Origin: Erysipelotrichaceae bacterium
GTDB taxonomy: Bacteria; Bacillota_I; Bacilli_A; RFN20; CAG-826
Reading direction: 5' to 3'
Length of the DNA stretch: 64,000 nt
NCBI GenBank assembly: GCA_015058945.1
Contig: SVBF01000007.1
Span: 66,230 to 130,229, forward strand
Part shown: positions 1 to 8,977 of the stretch, piece by piece
How positions within the stretch are numbered: the stretch's first letter is position 1
Layout of the letters: the number at the start of each line of letters is the position of its first letter
The notes under the pieces: generated by a model
What the model saw: the letters and a program-made list of their open reading frames with translations, nothing else
Database searches by the model: none
Told to the model about the DNA's origin: nothing
Position numbers and translations under genes: made by a program

Positions 1-543
1 TTTAAACTGTTTTAACTTTGAAGCAAGATGAACGGAATAAGCAAAGTCAACCAGCATTGCGCCAATCACCATTCCAACAAAATATGTATAGATAAGATTC
101 TCACTTATCCAGGAGATGCCTTCCACCAAAACTGGATTCAATAGGAAATAGTACAAAGAGCCAACAACCAACCATATTAAAGAAAACGACGGACAAATGA
201 TGCCCATGATATTCCCCTTGCGGTTTGAATAATCCCATAACTTAATTTTGAGACCTTTTATAAATATGAGGCCGGCGACAAATTCTATTAACGTCATTCC
301 AACCCCGATGATGGCGACACGAGCAACAATATCCCATGCTTGAGAATTAATTCCTAAAGGGATGTTGCTGACTCCATATAGAACAATTACCCCAAAACCA
401 TAAATTGGTAAGTAAGGTCCAGTTAAAAAGCCGGGATTCATCCATTTCTTTTGCGAGACAAATCTGCGGAAGAAAAGTTCTATTACCCATCCTAGCAATG
501 AGCCAATTACAAATAGGGTCGATATTATTACTAAATATTTCAT
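1..543 (-). CDS. Polytopic membrane protein resembling the putative ABC-transporter type IV family (DUF1113-like); C-terminus lies beyond the window start
   Basis: Hand translation of the reverse complement from ATG at 543 gives at least 181 aa with no stop (MKYLVIISTLFVIGSLLGWVIELFFRRF...NPGFLTGPYLPIYGFG...). It is not in the ORF track because it is truncated by the window edge. GC is about 35-38% against about 57% for the window. Confidence 0.5.
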   Translation of the reverse strand, partial: MKYLVIISTLFVIGSLLGWVIELFFRRFVSQKKWMNPGFLTGPYLPIYGFGVIVLYGVSNIPLGINSQAWDIVARVAIIGVGMTLIEFVAGLIFIKGLKIKLWDYSNRKGNIMGIICPSFSLIWLVVGSLYYFLLNPVLVEGISWISENLIYTYFVGMVIGAMLVDFAYSVHLASKLKQFK

Positions 544-620
544 CGCTTTAATTTTGACTAGGATTGTACAAAGGGACAAGATGACTGGAATCAAGTTCAG
601 CAATTAATGGATGCCAGCTC

Positions 621-660
621 TAAAATAAAAACCAACAATAAATTGTTGGCGTTTGTTTGC
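621..660. terminator. Bidirectional rho-independent terminator (hairpin CCAACAATAAATTGTTGG flanked by A-run and T-run)
   Basis: Perfect 7-bp stem at 632-649 with A-rich 5' flank and T-rich 3' flank. It sits 3' of the minus-strand tRNA pair. Confidence 0.6.
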
Positions 661-662
661 TT

Positions 663-739
663 TGGTGACCTGTACGGGATTCGAACCCATGAATGTATCC
701 TTGAAAGGGATATGAGTTAAGCCACTTCTCCAACAGGCC
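663..739 (-). tRNA. tRNA-Glu (anticodon TTC)
   Basis: The reverse complement folds as a cloverleaf: acceptor GGCCTGT/ACAGGTC, anticodon stem TATCC/GGATA with loop CTTTCAA, T-arm ATGGG-TTCGAAT-CCCGT, encoded CCA. The 3' half is nearly identical to B. subtilis tRNA-Glu. Confidence 0.8.
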
Positions 740-742
740 ACG

Positions 743-817
743 TGGCGCTCAGCATAGGATTCGAACCTACAACCGATCGGTTAACAGCCGATTGCTCTAC
801 CGTTGAGCTAGCTGAGC
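743..817 (-). tRNA. tRNA-Asn (anticodon GTT)
   Basis: RC reads GCTCAGC-TA-GCTCAACGGTAGAGC-A-ATCGG-CTGTTAA-CCGAT-CGGTT-GTAGG-TTCGAAT-CCTAC-GCTGAGC-G-CCA, 75 nt. Confidence 0.85.
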
Positions 818-900
818 ATTGCCTTATTCAGGCGAGCAATATCATAAGCGTCTCGAAAACGCTTTGCAACGATTTATCGAACAAATAAAACGAGGGTGAG

Positions 901-1134
901 TTACTCGTTAAGCTTTGCTTCGACAGAACGGAAGAGGTCCGAGACCGTCTTGAAAGAAGAGAGTTCCTCCGTTTCGAAAGAAACGCCAAAGCGATCTTCC
1001 AAGTCCAAGCACATCTCCACCACGTCGAGCGAATCGAGCCCGAGATCGCGTAGGGATTTGCTTTCGTCGACGTTCTTCACGCCGAGGCGCTCCGCGAACA
1101 TCTCGCGGAATTGTTCCATTTTGGTTTGTGACAT
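901..1134 (-). CDS. acpP: Acyl carrier protein
   Basis: 77-aa product MSQTKMEQFREMFAERLGVKNVDESKSLRDLGLDSLDVVEM... with the phosphopantetheine-attachment DSL motif; GAGGT RBS 7 nt upstream. The track ORF 901..1197 extends upstream of the likely start. Confidence 0.8.
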   Translation of the reverse strand: MSQTKMEQFREMFAERLGVKNVDESKSLRDLGLDSLDVVEMCLDLEDRFGVSFETEELSSFKTVSDLFRSVEAKLNE

Positions 1135-1306
1135 ATTGGATACCTCGCGAATATTATAGGGAAGCGCCTGTCTAAAGACAAACAAAAGCCCAAGCAATGC
1201 CTGGGCCTTGGGAGAAGACTCCCCAATAGCCAGTTTCCTGGCAGCGCGACCGACGCCATCCTAGCCATAACGCCTACATGGTCGCCAAAACGATGAGCTA
1301 GGATGG

Positions 1307-1471
1307 CTACCCGATTTGGAATCTGTTGCTCACGAAGGACGTCTCTTGGTCCACGCGGTCGCTGATTTTCTTTGAGGAGCGATCGAACACGCCCCACATC
1401 ACCCCCGCGACGGCGGAGAAGAGCAACAGCACGAGCAACATGCCGAGCAATTGGCCTTTGATTTCAGACAT
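1307..1471 (-). CDS. 54-aa hydrophobic small protein; candidate Flp/pilin-like subunit of the adjacent Tad-like locus
   Basis: Below the ORF-track cutoff. ATG at 1471 is preceded by AGGAGG. Translation is MSEIKGQLLGMLLVLLLFSAVAGVMWGVFDRSSKKISDRVDQETSFVSNRFQIG. It has a single TM helix but lacks the canonical G/XXXXEY Flp motif. Confidence 0.4.
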   Translation of the reverse strand: MSEIKGQLLGMLLVLLLFSAVAGVMWGVFDRSSKKISDRVDQETSFVSNRFQIG

Positions 1472-1485
1472 AGTGGCCTCCTTTC

Positions 1486-1833
1486 TTAACTGACGTAATA
1501 TCCGACGACGGCGCTGCGCCTTACGCTGACGCGCATCGTTGACTTAGAAACGATAAAAGGGTCGTATCCCTTCTCAAGGTAATAAGTGATGGTTTCCCCG
1601 ATGCGGAAGAGTGGCTTCTTCCCATCCTCATAACGAAACGTCGCCCCATAAGAAGAAATCAATCGTTCCGTGGTTTCATTGACAGTGCCATCGCTCGCAA
1701 TCCGATAACTCACGACGGTGCCGAGGGCATCCAAACTGGCTTTTACGCTAGCCAGGTTCATCATGTCACCGGCCAAAAAGAGGACCGCCATCAAAAACGT
1801 TAGGGACAATAGCAAACCAAGTTTATAAGACAT
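1486..1833 (-). CDS. Membrane-anchored small protein (possible TadE/pseudopilin-like)
   Basis: 115 aa, N-terminal TM helix, overlaps the upstream gene by 11 nt (translational coupling). Confidence 0.5.
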   Translation of the reverse strand: MSYKLGLLLSLTFLMAVLFLAGDMMNLASVKASLDALGTVVSYRIASDGTVNETTERLISSYGATFRYEDGKKPLFRIGETITYYLEKGYDPFIVSKSTMRVSVRRSAVVGYYVS

Positions 1834-2494
1834 CGAGCATACCCCCCATGATTTCGACCAAAGAGAGGGTCAAAGCGAGCATCGCGATGCCGCTTCCGGC
1901 CAGCGGAAGGAACGCCATCGTATCGAGGGTTGAGAGGCGTCTCTCCTTATCCATCGCGTAGCGAACATCCGATAATTTGCCGAAAAGACGCTGGAATTGA
2001 CGGATGTAAAGTCCGTTTGTGCCATCATCGATGATGCGATAAACGGAGAGCATCACTTCCTTGATGGATATGTCTTCGAATATCGCGGCGAAACGGACGA
2101 ATGGGGCGACCGATTTATCATTGTCGATATCCTCGAGTAACCGCCTTAGATGCGCCTTCATGTCCTCACTTGCGTAATCGACGATCCTCTCGATCGCGTT
2201 ATACACGGTGAAGCCATCGTTGACGAATACGCCGAAATACGTGAAGAGCTCCACGAACTCCGCCACATAGGCGTCTAACCTTGCGCGCCGCTTCGCCCCA
2301 TAACGGGTAAAGAACCAATACGTGTATAGAAGAAACGCCAAGGCAGGAAAGATCAATAAGAATCCAAGACCCTTCCATAAATAAACCAAGGCGAATAACC
2401 CGGCGAAAACAGCAACCCCGATAAAGTATCGAGTCATCTCCTTTCCAAAGCTAAGGCCGAGGAAGGACAGAGTTTGCTTGAGCTTTGCCATGAT
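1823..2494 (-). CDS. Type II secretion system F-domain membrane protein (TadC-like)
   Basis: Likely start MAKLKQTL. It has multiple TM segments and follows the TadB-like gene in the same operon. Confidence 0.55.
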   Translation of the reverse strand: MMAKLKQTLSFLGLSFGKEMTRYFIGVAVFAGLFALVYLWKGLGFLLIFPALAFLLYTYWFFTRYGAKRRARLDAYVAEFVELFTYFGVFVNDGFTVYNAIERIVDYASEDMKAHLRRLLEDIDNDKSVAPFVRFAAIFEDISIKEVMLSVYRIIDDGTNGLYIRQFQRLFGKLSDVRYAMDKERRLSTLDTMAFLPLAGSGIAMLALTLSLVEIMGGMLDVL

Positions 2495-3197
2495 GCCCTC
2501 CTTTCTTTTGCCACGGTGTTTTCTTGGTGAGGAACGATACGTAGACCACGGCCGACCCAAGAAGGAACAAATAGAAGAAACATGTCGCCGCTAGATAGAT
2601 GAGGTTCGTCGTTAACTGAGAGAAAAACGAAGACAGTCCAAAGCGCATGAAACCCATGATCGCGGCAGCCATTATCCAAAGGAACGCGAATCCCGCCGCT
2701 TTGCGCGCGGCCATCTTTTGGTATGCCCTGCCCGTCTCTTCGACGCGCGAAGCCTCCGCCGTCAGTTCGGACGAAAGTTTAAGGACGTCCCCTCCGCGAT
2801 TCAGATACAAATCGAGGACGCTGAGGAACATCGCGTAGATGTTTTGACCGAAGTAATTGGTGAGATACGTGACTTTGTCTTTGGCTTCCATCGTCGCCAA
2901 GGTTTCGTCGAGGGCGTGGAACTCTTTGCCCATGGGTTCGCCCGCGCTCTCAAAAGCCTTGTCCAGCGAAACGCAAACCGATAGAGTCACCAAAAAGCCA
3001 TGGATGAACAAATAGCATTCGTGGCGTTTTCGGTTTTCCTCGCCATACGCCCGGACGCAGGGGATCACGACAAGGAAAGACGCGAATAACGCCAAAGCCC
3101 CTACTCCAAGGCCGAGATACCATTGTCCCGTCGATAGGAAACCTAAGCCGCCCAAAAGAAGGCAACAAGCTAGGCAAAGTACCACGTCATTCTTCAT
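2451..3197 (-). CDS. Type II secretion system F-domain membrane protein (TadB-like)
   Basis: Start MKNDVVLCLACC is preceded by GGGGGAGGAAG and overlaps the ATPase stop. It is a polytopic membrane protein. Confidence 0.55.
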   Translation of the reverse strand: MKNDVVLCLACCLLLGGLGFLSTGQWYLGLGVGALALFASFLVVIPCVRAYGEENRKRHECYLFIHGFLVTLSVCVSLDKAFESAGEPMGKEFHALDETLATMEAKDKVTYLTNYFGQNIYAMFLSVLDLYLNRGGDVLKLSSELTAEASRVEETGRAYQKMAARKAAGFAFLWIMAAAIMGFMRFGLSSFFSQLTTNLIYLAATCFFYLFLLGSAVVYVSFLTKKTPWQKKGGHHGKAQANSVLPRP

Positions 3198-4173
3198 TTG
3201 GCTTCCTCCCCCGTTTCTTTTCCTCATAAAGCATGGTGATCGAACGATCGGCTTCGCGGATGCGCCCGATCGAAGAAATCCTTCGCACCACACGCCCATC
3301 CACGGTTTGCTTGCCCACCAAAACCAAAAGGTCGAAATGATGGTAGATGTCACCGAGAAGATCCTCGCAGGTCGATTTCGTGTCCCCCGCCATAGCTAGA
3401 CGCGCCATGCGGTATGGCATCCCCTGGATATCCTTCGCGTGAATCGTCGTGATGATGGGGTGCCCGGACATCACGCAATTCAAGGCCGAAAGGAATTCCG
3501 CGCCCCGGCTCTCCGCGAGGACGATGTAGTCCGGATTGTTCCGCAAGGCGTTACGGATCAACGAGTCCGCCTTGCCATCCTCAAACCGGTCGTCCTCCAT
3601 CCAGAAGGTCATGTCGGTCATCCCATCCGCCCGGCAACGTTCGAGTTCGCCGATGTTATCGATGACGATGACCCGCGTCGCCACAGGCAGATTCATGAGG
3701 AGGTATTTCTGTAATTCCGTCTTCCCAGCACCGGTGATGCCACCGATCGCGATCGACTCTCTTTTGGCTAAGGCATCCAATAGGATCTTTTTGGTCTTGC
3801 CGGGAAAGAACGATTCGTCGTCGCTTACCGCCGAGCCGTCATGGCATACGCGGATGTTAAACGTGTAGACCTTTTGTTCGTAAACGCGCCCGATGGAAAG
3901 AAAGGCTGCGTTCAACCGATAACGCGAGAAAGAGACGTCGAGGATCGGCGAGGTATAGGAGAACTGCTGCTCGCTCATGTTCGCGATCTGTCGCAAAAAG
4001 GCGCCGATATCCTCGTTCTTCGCTTCGATGTTCGACCGTTTTCTCCCCTGAAACGAATCCTGATAGAAAATGGCTTCGCCGTTAAAGGAGACGTCCGTCA
4101 CGCTGGGACGCAAAAGCAAAGGCCTTAAGAATGACTCCTCAACATATGAGGTGATGCGTTCGAGATTATTCAT
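3187..4173 (-). CDS. CpaF/TadA/VirB11-family secretion ATPase
   Basis: Walker A GGITGAGKTE, the DYIVLAESRGAE box, and GHPIITTIHAKD (the CpaF His-box region). Likely start MNNLERITSY (329 aa). Confidence 0.75.
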   Translation of the reverse strand: MNNLERITSYVEESFLRPLLLRPSVTDVSFNGEAIFYQDSFQGRKRSNIEAKNEDIGAFLRQIANMSEQQFSYTSPILDVSFSRYRLNAAFLSIGRVYEQKVYTFNIRVCHDGSAVSDDESFFPGKTKKILLDALAKRESIAIGGITGAGKTELQKYLLMNLPVATRVIVIDNIGELERCRADGMTDMTFWMEDDRFEDGKADSLIRNALRNNPDYIVLAESRGAEFLSALNCVMSGHPIITTIHAKDIQGMPYRMARLAMAGDTKSTCEDLLGDIYHHFDLLVLVGKQTVDGRVVRRISSIGRIREADRSITMLYEEKKRGRKPNEE

Positions 4174-4567
4174 GGTTATCCGTCCTTTCGATGAAGAATT
4201 GCGCTTTTCGCGTTTTTTGGATGATGTCGTCGATCTCGACGTAAAAGATGATCTCGATGGACCGGGAAAAGTCTTTTCCCTCCGCTGAAACGCGCGTATC
4301 GAGGCTACGCAAGCCGAATTCGTATTCACGGCAATACGGGGCGAGGTTCACCGCGTAATAACGTTCGAGCCGTTCCTCGAGCTTTGGCATAAAGAAGTAC
4401 GGCGCGCCATAGTAGTTCCCGTTTCGGTCCGCGACCACGACGCATTCCTCAAGCAAGCCCTTATATAAGCCGAGGTAGGCCGATTCGACGCCACTAAGGC
4501 AATAGACGCGATGAAAGCCGACCAAAGTCATAAGCAAAGCGATGCCGGACAAGAAGAGGTGCGTCAT
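4166..4567 (-). CDS. Small membrane-anchored protein of the Tad-like operon
   Basis: MTHLFLSGIALLMTLVGF... There is an ATGA overlap with the upstream gene and an 8-nt overlap with the ATPase start. Confidence 0.45.
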   Translation of the reverse strand: MTHLFLSGIALLMTLVGFHRVYCLSGVESAYLGLYKGLLEECVVVADRNGNYYGAPYFFMPKLEERLERYYAVNLAPYCREYEFGLRSLDTRVSAEGKDFSRSIEIIFYVEIDDIIQKTRKAQFFIERTDNHE

Positions 4568-5586
4568 CGTCTCATCCCTCCTCCGACGACGCAATAATCG
4601 GCTTGATCACAGGGCCCAAAGAGGCGTCGGTCGCTGAAACACGACCCCATCAAGATGACCTCGTCGCCGTAATGTCCGGCGTTTTTGAGGACGATCTGAT
4701 ATTCGTAAAGCGCGTCGTCATGTCCCTCCCTTAAGGGCAGAAACAGTTGGTCGCTTTGAAATAACGGCTCACCGACGATCGGCACCGCATACGCCTGATA
4801 GTCGACCCGCGAATAGAAATAGGTCTTCGTCAGGGAGAACTTATACGTCGGGATGCCAAGCCTCCCCCTACCGACCTTAGCCTTTAATGGAATTACCCCA
4901 TAGCCGCCATGGTTCTCGGCGATCTTGGAAAAATCGTCACGATAGCTAAGCAGCCTTAGTTCCGCCTCCGGATTCTCGTTCGGCGCCAAATAACGGTTCA
5001 GGTATTCCAAGGTGATGGAAGACAAAGGGAATTTCCGATTGGGCAGATTGTTCCCGAAGACGACCCCATGCGACGAATAGCCCTCGCGATAGATCTTGCG
5101 CTCGCTTGCGTCCACCAATGGGTCATAGGCATATAGGTCATGTCCGGTTTCGACCACTTCGTCCTTCATGAAGGCGATGAGCCCGTTATCGTGCCCCACC
5201 TTCACGTTTTCCTTCACCCGCAGGTGCATTCTTGAGTAATCAAGCCCTGGGTAATACGGATCGCGCGACAAACCGAAATAGAACGTCACGACCTCCCCTT
5301 CCTCCAAGTACCAGCCATTTAAGCGAAAGACATAGGTGCGGTAAGCGCCATTAAGCTCCATCGTGGCGGAAGGGCGATAGTCGACGACCGACCATCTGCC
5401 GCTTGACGCGGAGACGTCCGCATACCCATAGCAGGAAGGATATTTGTTGGCCAGAAAGCGGATCATGATCTCGCAATCGTGCCCATCCACCACCGGCCCC
5501 ATATACCATCGAAAACCGGGATCGGTGGATGCACCCAAGCACAATAAAGTCGCAGGAATGAAGAGAAAACGGCGCAAAACACTCAT
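4564..5586 (-). CDS. Secreted protein of unknown function (signal peptide)
   Basis: 340 aa, N-terminus MSVLRRFLFIPATLLCLGASTDPGF. It is the first structural gene of the Tad-like operon. Confidence 0.6.
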   Translation of the reverse strand: MSVLRRFLFIPATLLCLGASTDPGFRWYMGPVVDGHDCEIMIRFLANKYPSCYGYADVSASSGRWSVVDYRPSATMELNGAYRTYVFRLNGWYLEEGEVVTFYFGLSRDPYYPGLDYSRMHLRVKENVKVGHDNGLIAFMKDEVVETGHDLYAYDPLVDASERKIYREGYSSHGVVFGNNLPNRKFPLSSITLEYLNRYLAPNENPEAELRLLSYRDDFSKIAENHGGYGVIPLKAKVGRGRLGIPTYKFSLTKTYFYSRVDYQAYAVPIVGEPLFQSDQLFLPLREGHDDALYEYQIVLKNAGHYGDEVILMGSCFSDRRLFGPCDQADYCVVGGGMRR

Positions 5587-5918
5587 ATTTCTCTCCTTAA
5601 GTAACTGAATATTTCTCTCCGTTTCAATTCGAATTCTCGCGGCGCAAAAAGGTTTTCGTCATAAAACCAAAACGGGTAGACGCGATGCTTCTCAAGCACT
5701 TCCGCGACCAAGATCCGTTTGCCCTTCTCGTCGAGCGAATCGAAGTAACGGCGGATCTTGATGAGGAAGCTGCGCGCATGGCTAGGCGGCAAGCGGAGCA
5801 ATTCGTCGTAACGGAGATCGTAGACGTGGTAATCGGGGCTCTTGCCGATTTGAAGCAAGTAGGCCCGGTATCTTTTTCGGATACTCTCCTCGTGACGCGG
5901 TGACAGGTTGATGTCCAT
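5583..5918 (-). CDS. Small basic protein of unknown function (possible regulator of the Tad-like operon)
   Basis: Likely start MDINLSPRHEESIRKRYRAYLL, preceded by GGGAGG. The upstream part of the track ORF overlaps gmk antisense and looks non-coding. Confidence 0.45.
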   Translation of the reverse strand: MDINLSPRHEESIRKRYRAYLLQIGKSPDYHVYDLRYDELLRLPPSHARSFLIKIRRYFDSLDEKGKRILVAEVLEKHRVYPFWFYDENLFAPREFELKRREIFSYLRREI

Positions 5919-5973
5919 TCTAGGTACCTCCCACCAACATATAGGAGGCGAATTTCGATTTTTGCTCAAAAAA

Positions 5974-6549
5974 ATGAAAAAACTTTTTCGTGGCTTCTTT
6001 ATAATGGTGGAAATGATTTTGCTCGTCGGCGCCTCAGCCTCTGGAAAAACCGAAATCGCGAAGCGTCTCGCTTCCGCTTTTTCGATTACCAAAGCCATCA
6101 CCCATACCACCCGTCCGATGCGCAAAGGCGAACGTCAGGACGTCGATTACCATTTCGTGACCGTGGACGATTTCCTCGCCTTAAAGGAAAAGGGCGGCTT
6201 CGTCGAAACCACCTTCTATAACGGCAATTACTACGGTTGCTCCAAAGCGGAGACGGGCGACGACAAATGCATCATCCTCGACCCCGCGGGCATCTCCTCC
6301 TTTTTATCGCTCCATAACCCCAATATCGTCACCTTCTTTTTACGCACCAGCGACGCCACGAGGGAATATCGCATGCGCTTACGCGGCGACGAAGAGGAAT
6401 CGATCCGTAAGCGCCTCGCTAACGATAAGGATACCTTCGACGAAAAACGCCTCCCCCACGTCGATTATGTCATCGACGCGGACGAGGAGGACGTTCCTAC
6501 GCTGACCGAAAAGATATATTCGCTCTATCAGAAGCGTCTTGGCCGTTAA
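5974..6549 (+). CDS. gmk: Guanylate kinase family protein
   Basis: P-loop GASASGKTE and TTRPMRKGERQDVDYHFV. The start is ambiguous (ATG 5974 or ATG 6004). Confidence 0.7.
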   Translation: MKKLFRGFFIMVEMILLVGASASGKTEIAKRLASAFSITKAITHTTRPMRKGERQDVDYHFVTVDDFLALKEKGGFVETTFYNGNYYGCSKAETGDDKCIILDPAGISSFLSLHNPNIVTFFLRTSDATREYRMRLRGDEEESIRKRLANDKDTFDEKRLPHVDYVIDADEEDVPTLTEKIYSLYQKRLGR

Positions 6550-7832
6550 TCGACCTTCCGACGCGGATGGAAATAAGCCAAGGCCTCTTCCGTCGTGAAT
6601 GGGGTCGCTTTTTTCACGATGACGTCCACTTTGCCGATGGTGACGATGTCGCCTTCTCTTGCAAAGCGTCCGAGGCGGTCGCTTAGCCAGCCGGAAAGCG
6701 TCTCCACGCCATCCTCGAGCTCTTGCTCATCGATGTGGAAATACTCAAAGAAGTCTTCGATGTGGACCGAACCCTTGACGCGATAGACGTTGCGCTTGTC
6801 CGTCTTTTCGATCTCCTCGGAGATCGGTTCGGACTCGTCGAACATCTCGCCCACGAGTTCCTCCAAGATGTCTTCCATCGTGAGGATGCCGTCGTTGCCG
6901 CCGTATTCGTCTTTGACGAGGACGATATGGTGATGGCTTTGCTTCATGGCCTTGAGGATCAAGGAGATTTCCATCGTGCGGGGTACGCTAAGAATAGGCA
7001 ACATGAAATCATTCACACTGACCTTGTCAGAGCGTAATAACGCCTTCTGGACCTCTTTTAGGGGCAAATAGCCAAGGACGTTATCCAAATTCTTGTCGTA
7101 GACGATGATGCGGCTATGGATGAGCTTGCCGGTCTCGACCGCCTTGGTGAGGTTATCGGTGACCTCAAAGCCCTCGACCTTGATGCGCGGGGTCATGATC
7201 TCGTAGGCGCAGGTGTCCTTGAATTCGATCGCGTCGGAAAGCATTTCGGACTCATCCTCGTCGATGATGCCTTCCTCCTCAATCGTGTCCACCATGGCCT
7301 GCAGCTCGTCGTCACTTGGCACGACGGTGTCCGGCTTAAGGCGGGAGAACAAAGGCTTGGTGATGGTCCTCGCGAGGAAAGAGACGCTCTCCACGATGGG
7401 ATAGAAGACGTAACGGAGCACCTTCACCGGTTTGACGAAGGCGATGGACAAAGCGAAACTATGCGCCTTGCCGATGACCTTGGGCAAAATCTCACCGAAG
7501 ATCAAAATGACGAGCAACAAGACGAGTTCGTTCACCGTCGCCATCATGTCCCGGTTTTCATTAAGGAAAGGCAGATCGATGCGGGTTAGCGCCGCGGCGA
7601 AGGAGGAGGCGAGGATGTTGACGAGGTTGTTGCCAAAGAGGATGGTGACGATCGTGTGGTCGTAATGCTCGGCCATCTCCGCGGCCGCCAAAGCGCCCTT
7701 CGTGCCTTTTCTGCGAAGCCGCTTCACCGACACGGTCCCATAAGTCATGTCCGCGCAAGAGAAGAAAGCGCTGCAAAGCAACAAGATGGCAATGAGGACG
7801 ATATAGATCGAAAGCTGGACGTAGGGATTCAT
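6546..7832 (-). CDS. CNNM/HlyC-CorC family transporter (DUF21 + CBS pair + CorC_HlyC)
   Basis: 428 aa with an N-terminal 4-TM DUF21, CBS domains and a C-terminal CorC-like transporter-associated domain. Confidence 0.75.
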   Translation of the reverse strand: MNPYVQLSIYIVLIAILLLCSAFFSCADMTYGTVSVKRLRRKGTKGALAAAEMAEHYDHTIVTILFGNNLVNILASSFAAALTRIDLPFLNENRDMMATVNELVLLLVILIFGEILPKVIGKAHSFALSIAFVKPVKVLRYVFYPIVESVSFLARTITKPLFSRLKPDTVVPSDDELQAMVDTIEEEGIIDEDESEMLSDAIEFKDTCAYEIMTPRIKVEGFEVTDNLTKAVETGKLIHSRIIVYDKNLDNVLGYLPLKEVQKALLRSDKVSVNDFMLPILSVPRTMEISLILKAMKQSHHHIVLVKDEYGGNDGILTMEDILEELVGEMFDESEPISEEIEKTDKRNVYRVKGSVHIEDFFEYFHIDEQELEDGVETLSGWLSDRLGRFAREGDIVTIGKVDVIVKKATPFTTEEALAYFHPRRKVD

Positions 7833-8815
7833 CGTCTCACCCTCGCTTTCGAACTCTCGCCGATGGAACCCACGAGTTCTTCGAGCACGTCCTCCATCGT
7901 GACCATGCCGAGGATCTTGCCTTGGTTACGGACGATCGCGATTTGAGTATGGTGCAATTTGAAGCCGTCCACCAGGTCGTCGAGATGGACCTTGGGGGTG
8001 ACGAAATAGGGACGCTGCACGAACTCGATGTAGTTGACGGAAGGATTCTTGAAATAGGCGGTGAGGTAGTTCTTCACCACGAGCACGCCGACGATCTTGT
8101 CTTTGTTCTTGAAATAGACGGGGATGCGGGAATAGGGGCAATCCTTGATGAAATCGCGAAGTTTCTTGCCGTCTAGCCCATCCGAGTCCACCATCGCCAT
8201 CTTGTTTAACGGGGTGAATACCTCGCGCACGGAGGTATCGGCGAAATCCAACGTGTTCTGGATGATCTCGGATTCATTCTCCTCGAACACGCCCCCTTCC
8301 TCCGCCTCATCGATGGCCGAGGTGAAATCCTCTTCCGTGAGGGCCACTTCAGCCTTGGCTTTAAAGGCGCGGCGGAAGAGATAGTTCAAGCCGCGGAAAA
8401 GCATGATGAGCGGATATAAAAGGACACTGATCCCAAAAAGCGGATAGCAATGGACCTTGGCGATGGCGTCGGGGATGTTCTTGCCGATGAGTTTGGGCAG
8501 CGTATCGGCGAAGAGGAAGAAGATGATCGCCATGATGATGGAGGCGATCAAGGAGACGGTCGCGTCGGGGATAACGCCGTTAAAGAGGTGCAGGAAAAGG
8601 AAGGTCGATAAGGTGGACACCATGATGGAGGCCACGTTATTGCCGATGAGGGTCGTGATTAGGGTCGTCTCGAATTTATCGCAGAGCCGTAGGATCAGGC
8701 GCGGGGTTCTTTTCCCCTCGTCGGCCGCGGCCATGTATTTATAGCGGTTAATGCAGGCGAAGGCGGTTTCGGACGCGTTGAAGAAGGCGCTTAGGATCAA
8801 TAGGACGAAAATCAA
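7829..8815 (-). CDS. CNNM family protein (DUF21 + CBS pair), paralog of the downstream gene
   Basis: 328 aa with a TTG start and a 4-nt overlap with the next gene. Confidence 0.7.
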   Translation of the reverse strand: MIFVLLILSAFFNASETAFACINRYKYMAAADEGKRTPRLILRLCDKFETTLITTLIGNNVASIMVSTLSTFLFLHLFNGVIPDATVSLIASIIMAIIFFLFADTLPKLIGKNIPDAIAKVHCYPLFGISVLLYPLIMLFRGLNYLFRRAFKAKAEVALTEEDFTSAIDEAEEGGVFEENESEIIQNTLDFADTSVREVFTPLNKMAMVDSDGLDGKKLRDFIKDCPYSRIPVYFKNKDKIVGVLVVKNYLTAYFKNPSVNYIEFVQRPYFVTPKVHLDDLVDGFKLHHTQIAIVRNQGKILGMVTMEDVLEELVGSIGESSKARVRR

Positions 8816-8924
8816 AGTGATACTAAGCCAATCGGGGATACTGTCCAGAAGCCACCACCTCCTTTGTGCCGACTTGCACGTATATGACTATATCAAATAA
8901 AGGGCTTCCCTTGAAGAGCGCGCC

Positions 8925-8965
8925 CACGAGTTCAAGAAAAGCGGCCCCTTGATTGAGGAGCCGCT
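8925..8965 (-). terminator. Rho-independent terminator of the repeat-protein gene
   Basis: Hairpin AAGCGGC...GCCGCTT (8938-8965) with a T-rich tail in the minus sense. Confidence 0.45.
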
Positions 8966-8977
8966 TCATGAGTCGGA

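Noticed and set aside
1077-1397. 106-aa minus-strand ORF overlapping acpP and the small pilin-like gene
   Set aside because: It lies out of frame across two better-supported genes and their intergenic region. Its Arg/Pro-rich translation is typical of GC-rich antisense ORFs.
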